From: a candidate division FCPU426 bacterium | Lineage (GTDB): Bacteria > Oederibacteriota > Muellerivitia > Muellerivitales > Muellerivitaceae | Assembly (NCBI GenBank): GCA_963847625.1 | Contig: CAWKAR010000039.1 | Location: 186,823-250,822 of the forward strand | DNA: 64,000 bases | Direction: 5' to 3' | Shown here: in pieces, positions 62,401-64,000 of the stretch | Layout: each line of letters opens with the position of its first letter | Numbering within the stretch: the first letter of the stretch is position 1 | The notes under the pieces: model-generated | Seen by the model: the letters and a program-made list of their open reading frames with translations, nothing else | What the model was told of the DNA's origin: nothing | Databases searched by the model: none | Position numbers and translations under genes: made by a program

Positions 62401-64000
62401 AACACCTCTACGGCCACGAATACGGCGACCTCTACGTCAACGCCGACCAGGACGAACACACCCACCAGCACACTTACAAATACACTGACGAATACGCCCA
62501 CGAATACGGCAACTTCCACATCCACCCCGACCAGAACGAATTCGCCGACCGTTACGATTACAAGCACGTCGACGAATACGTCCATTTACACGTCAACGAA
62601 CACCAATACGCCAACGAATACCTCTACTTCCACGTCAACCCCGACCAGGACGAACACACCCACCAGTACACTTACAAATACGCCGACGAATACGCCCACG
62701 AATACGGCGACCTCTACATCAACCCCGACCAGAACGAATTTGCCTACTAATACAGTCACTCCTACGTCGACGAATACGCCCGTGTACACGCCAACGAACA
62801 CCAATACGCCAACGAACACCTCTACTTCCACGTCAACCCCGACCAGGACGAACACACCCACCAGCACACTTACAAATACACTGACGAATACGCCCACGAA
62901 TACGGCAACTTCCACATCCACCCCGACCAGAACGAATTCGCCGACCGTTACGATTACAAGCACGCCGACGAATACGTCCATTTACACGTCAACGAACACC
63001 AATACGCCCACGAATACGGCGACCTCCACATCCACCCCGACCAGGACGAACACGCCGACCATTACGATCACGAGTACGTCGACGAATACGTCCGTGTACA
63101 CGTCAACGAACACCAATACGCCCACGAATACGGCGACCTCCACATCCACCCCGACCAGGACGAACACGCCGACCATTACGATCACGAGTACGTCGACGAA
63201 TACGTCCGTGTACACGTCAACGAACACCAATACGCCCACGAATACGGCGACCCCCACACTAACTCCGACAAGGACGGATACGCCGACCAGCACGCCCACG
63301 AATACGCCGACAAATACACCCACGAATACGACGACCGCGACGAACACCCTGACCCGGACATCCACGTCCACGCCGACGAATACTCTCACGAACACGCCGA
63401 CGAATACGCCCACAAATACGCCGACGAATACTTTAACCAGCACCAGGACGAACACGCCGACGAATACACCTACGCCGACGGTAACGTCCACGGCGACCAA
63501 TACCAGCACAGGGACTCAGTCGCCCACGCCCACGGCGACTAATACGCCTACGGTCACCATTACGCCTACAAATAGTAATACTCTAACCCCGACGAACACA
63601 CCGACGAGGACCTCTACATCCACAGCCACACCCACGCTAACGAGTACACTCACGAATACTCTTACGAACACCCCGACGCGGACATTCACGTCCACAGCCA
63701 CAAATACGCCGACGAATACGTCTGTTAACACGGCCACGGCCACACCCACGCCAACGAATACGTCTGTTAACACATCCACAAACACACCGACGAGCACGTT
63801 GACGCGGACCTCCACGCCCACAGCCACACCCACGCTAACGAATACGCCACATAGCCCACGAACACACCCACGAACACGCCGACACGGACCTCCACAGCCA
63901 CAAACACGCCGACGAATACACCCACCAATACGCCGACGAATACTTTAACCAGCACCAGGACGAATACGCCGACAAATACACCGACAATGACGATCACCAA
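59473..64000 (+). CDS. Secreted GH5 glycoside hydrolase + Ig/DUF11-like domain + very long Thr-rich stalk; runs off window, apparent frameshift ~63850
   Basis: LKGVD, NCVRVP, DLHW, FDMYNEP (acid/base), HVY, FIEEFG (nucleophile); T-x-T repeats from ~61170. Confidence 0.85.
61170..64000 (+). repeat. Coding Thr/Pro/Asn tandem repeats
   Basis: 198-nt units starting 61849, 62047, 62245, 62443, 62641, 62839; 114-nt duplication at 63007/63121. Confidence 0.9.

Noticed and set aside
63850..63948. Genuine basic C-terminus ([11 protein letters not shown]...) of the GH5 protein
   Set aside because: Thr repeat continues in another frame from 63855 to the window end; a local indel error is more likely.
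61077..64000. Val-rich minus-strand ORFs
   Set aside because: Antisense shadow of ACN Thr codons.

Overview
Bacterial chromosomal window, mostly GC-rich, from a diderm organism. The very long Thr/Pro/Asn-repeat secreted protein and the SLH-barrel outer-membrane protein suggest an uncultured lineage such as FCPU426/Goldbacteria; this is inference only. Housekeeping genes are glmU-prs-rplY-pth, comEC, an HU/IHF-like gene, a cysteine desulfurase, pgi, class II RNR nrdJ and prfC. They are interleaved with envelope genes: two paralogous beta-barrel proteins, three GT-C membrane glycosyltransferases, an ECF sigma/anti-sigma/Spy/TolC/RND operon, GH2 and GH5 glycosidases, and a Deg protease pair. An accessory segment at about 43.9-51 kb carries an AT-rich PIN gene, IS30, IS3, a stand-alone ParB/Srx-fold gene and about 1 kb of non-coding repeat arrays. 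The most unusual signals are non-coding. (1) A ~76-84 nt double-hairpin element occurs four times (three at 32.4-32.8 kb, one at 49.0 kb), with covarying stems, an invariant AAGCTT centre, and one core inverted relative to conserved flanks. (2) A 20-unit CCTGCCCGCAG array with ~21-22 bp period and variable linkers lies beside the ParB-like gene. No rRNA, tRNA or canonical CRISPR array was seen. Frameshifts in nrdJ and in the GH5 gene look like sequencing errors.
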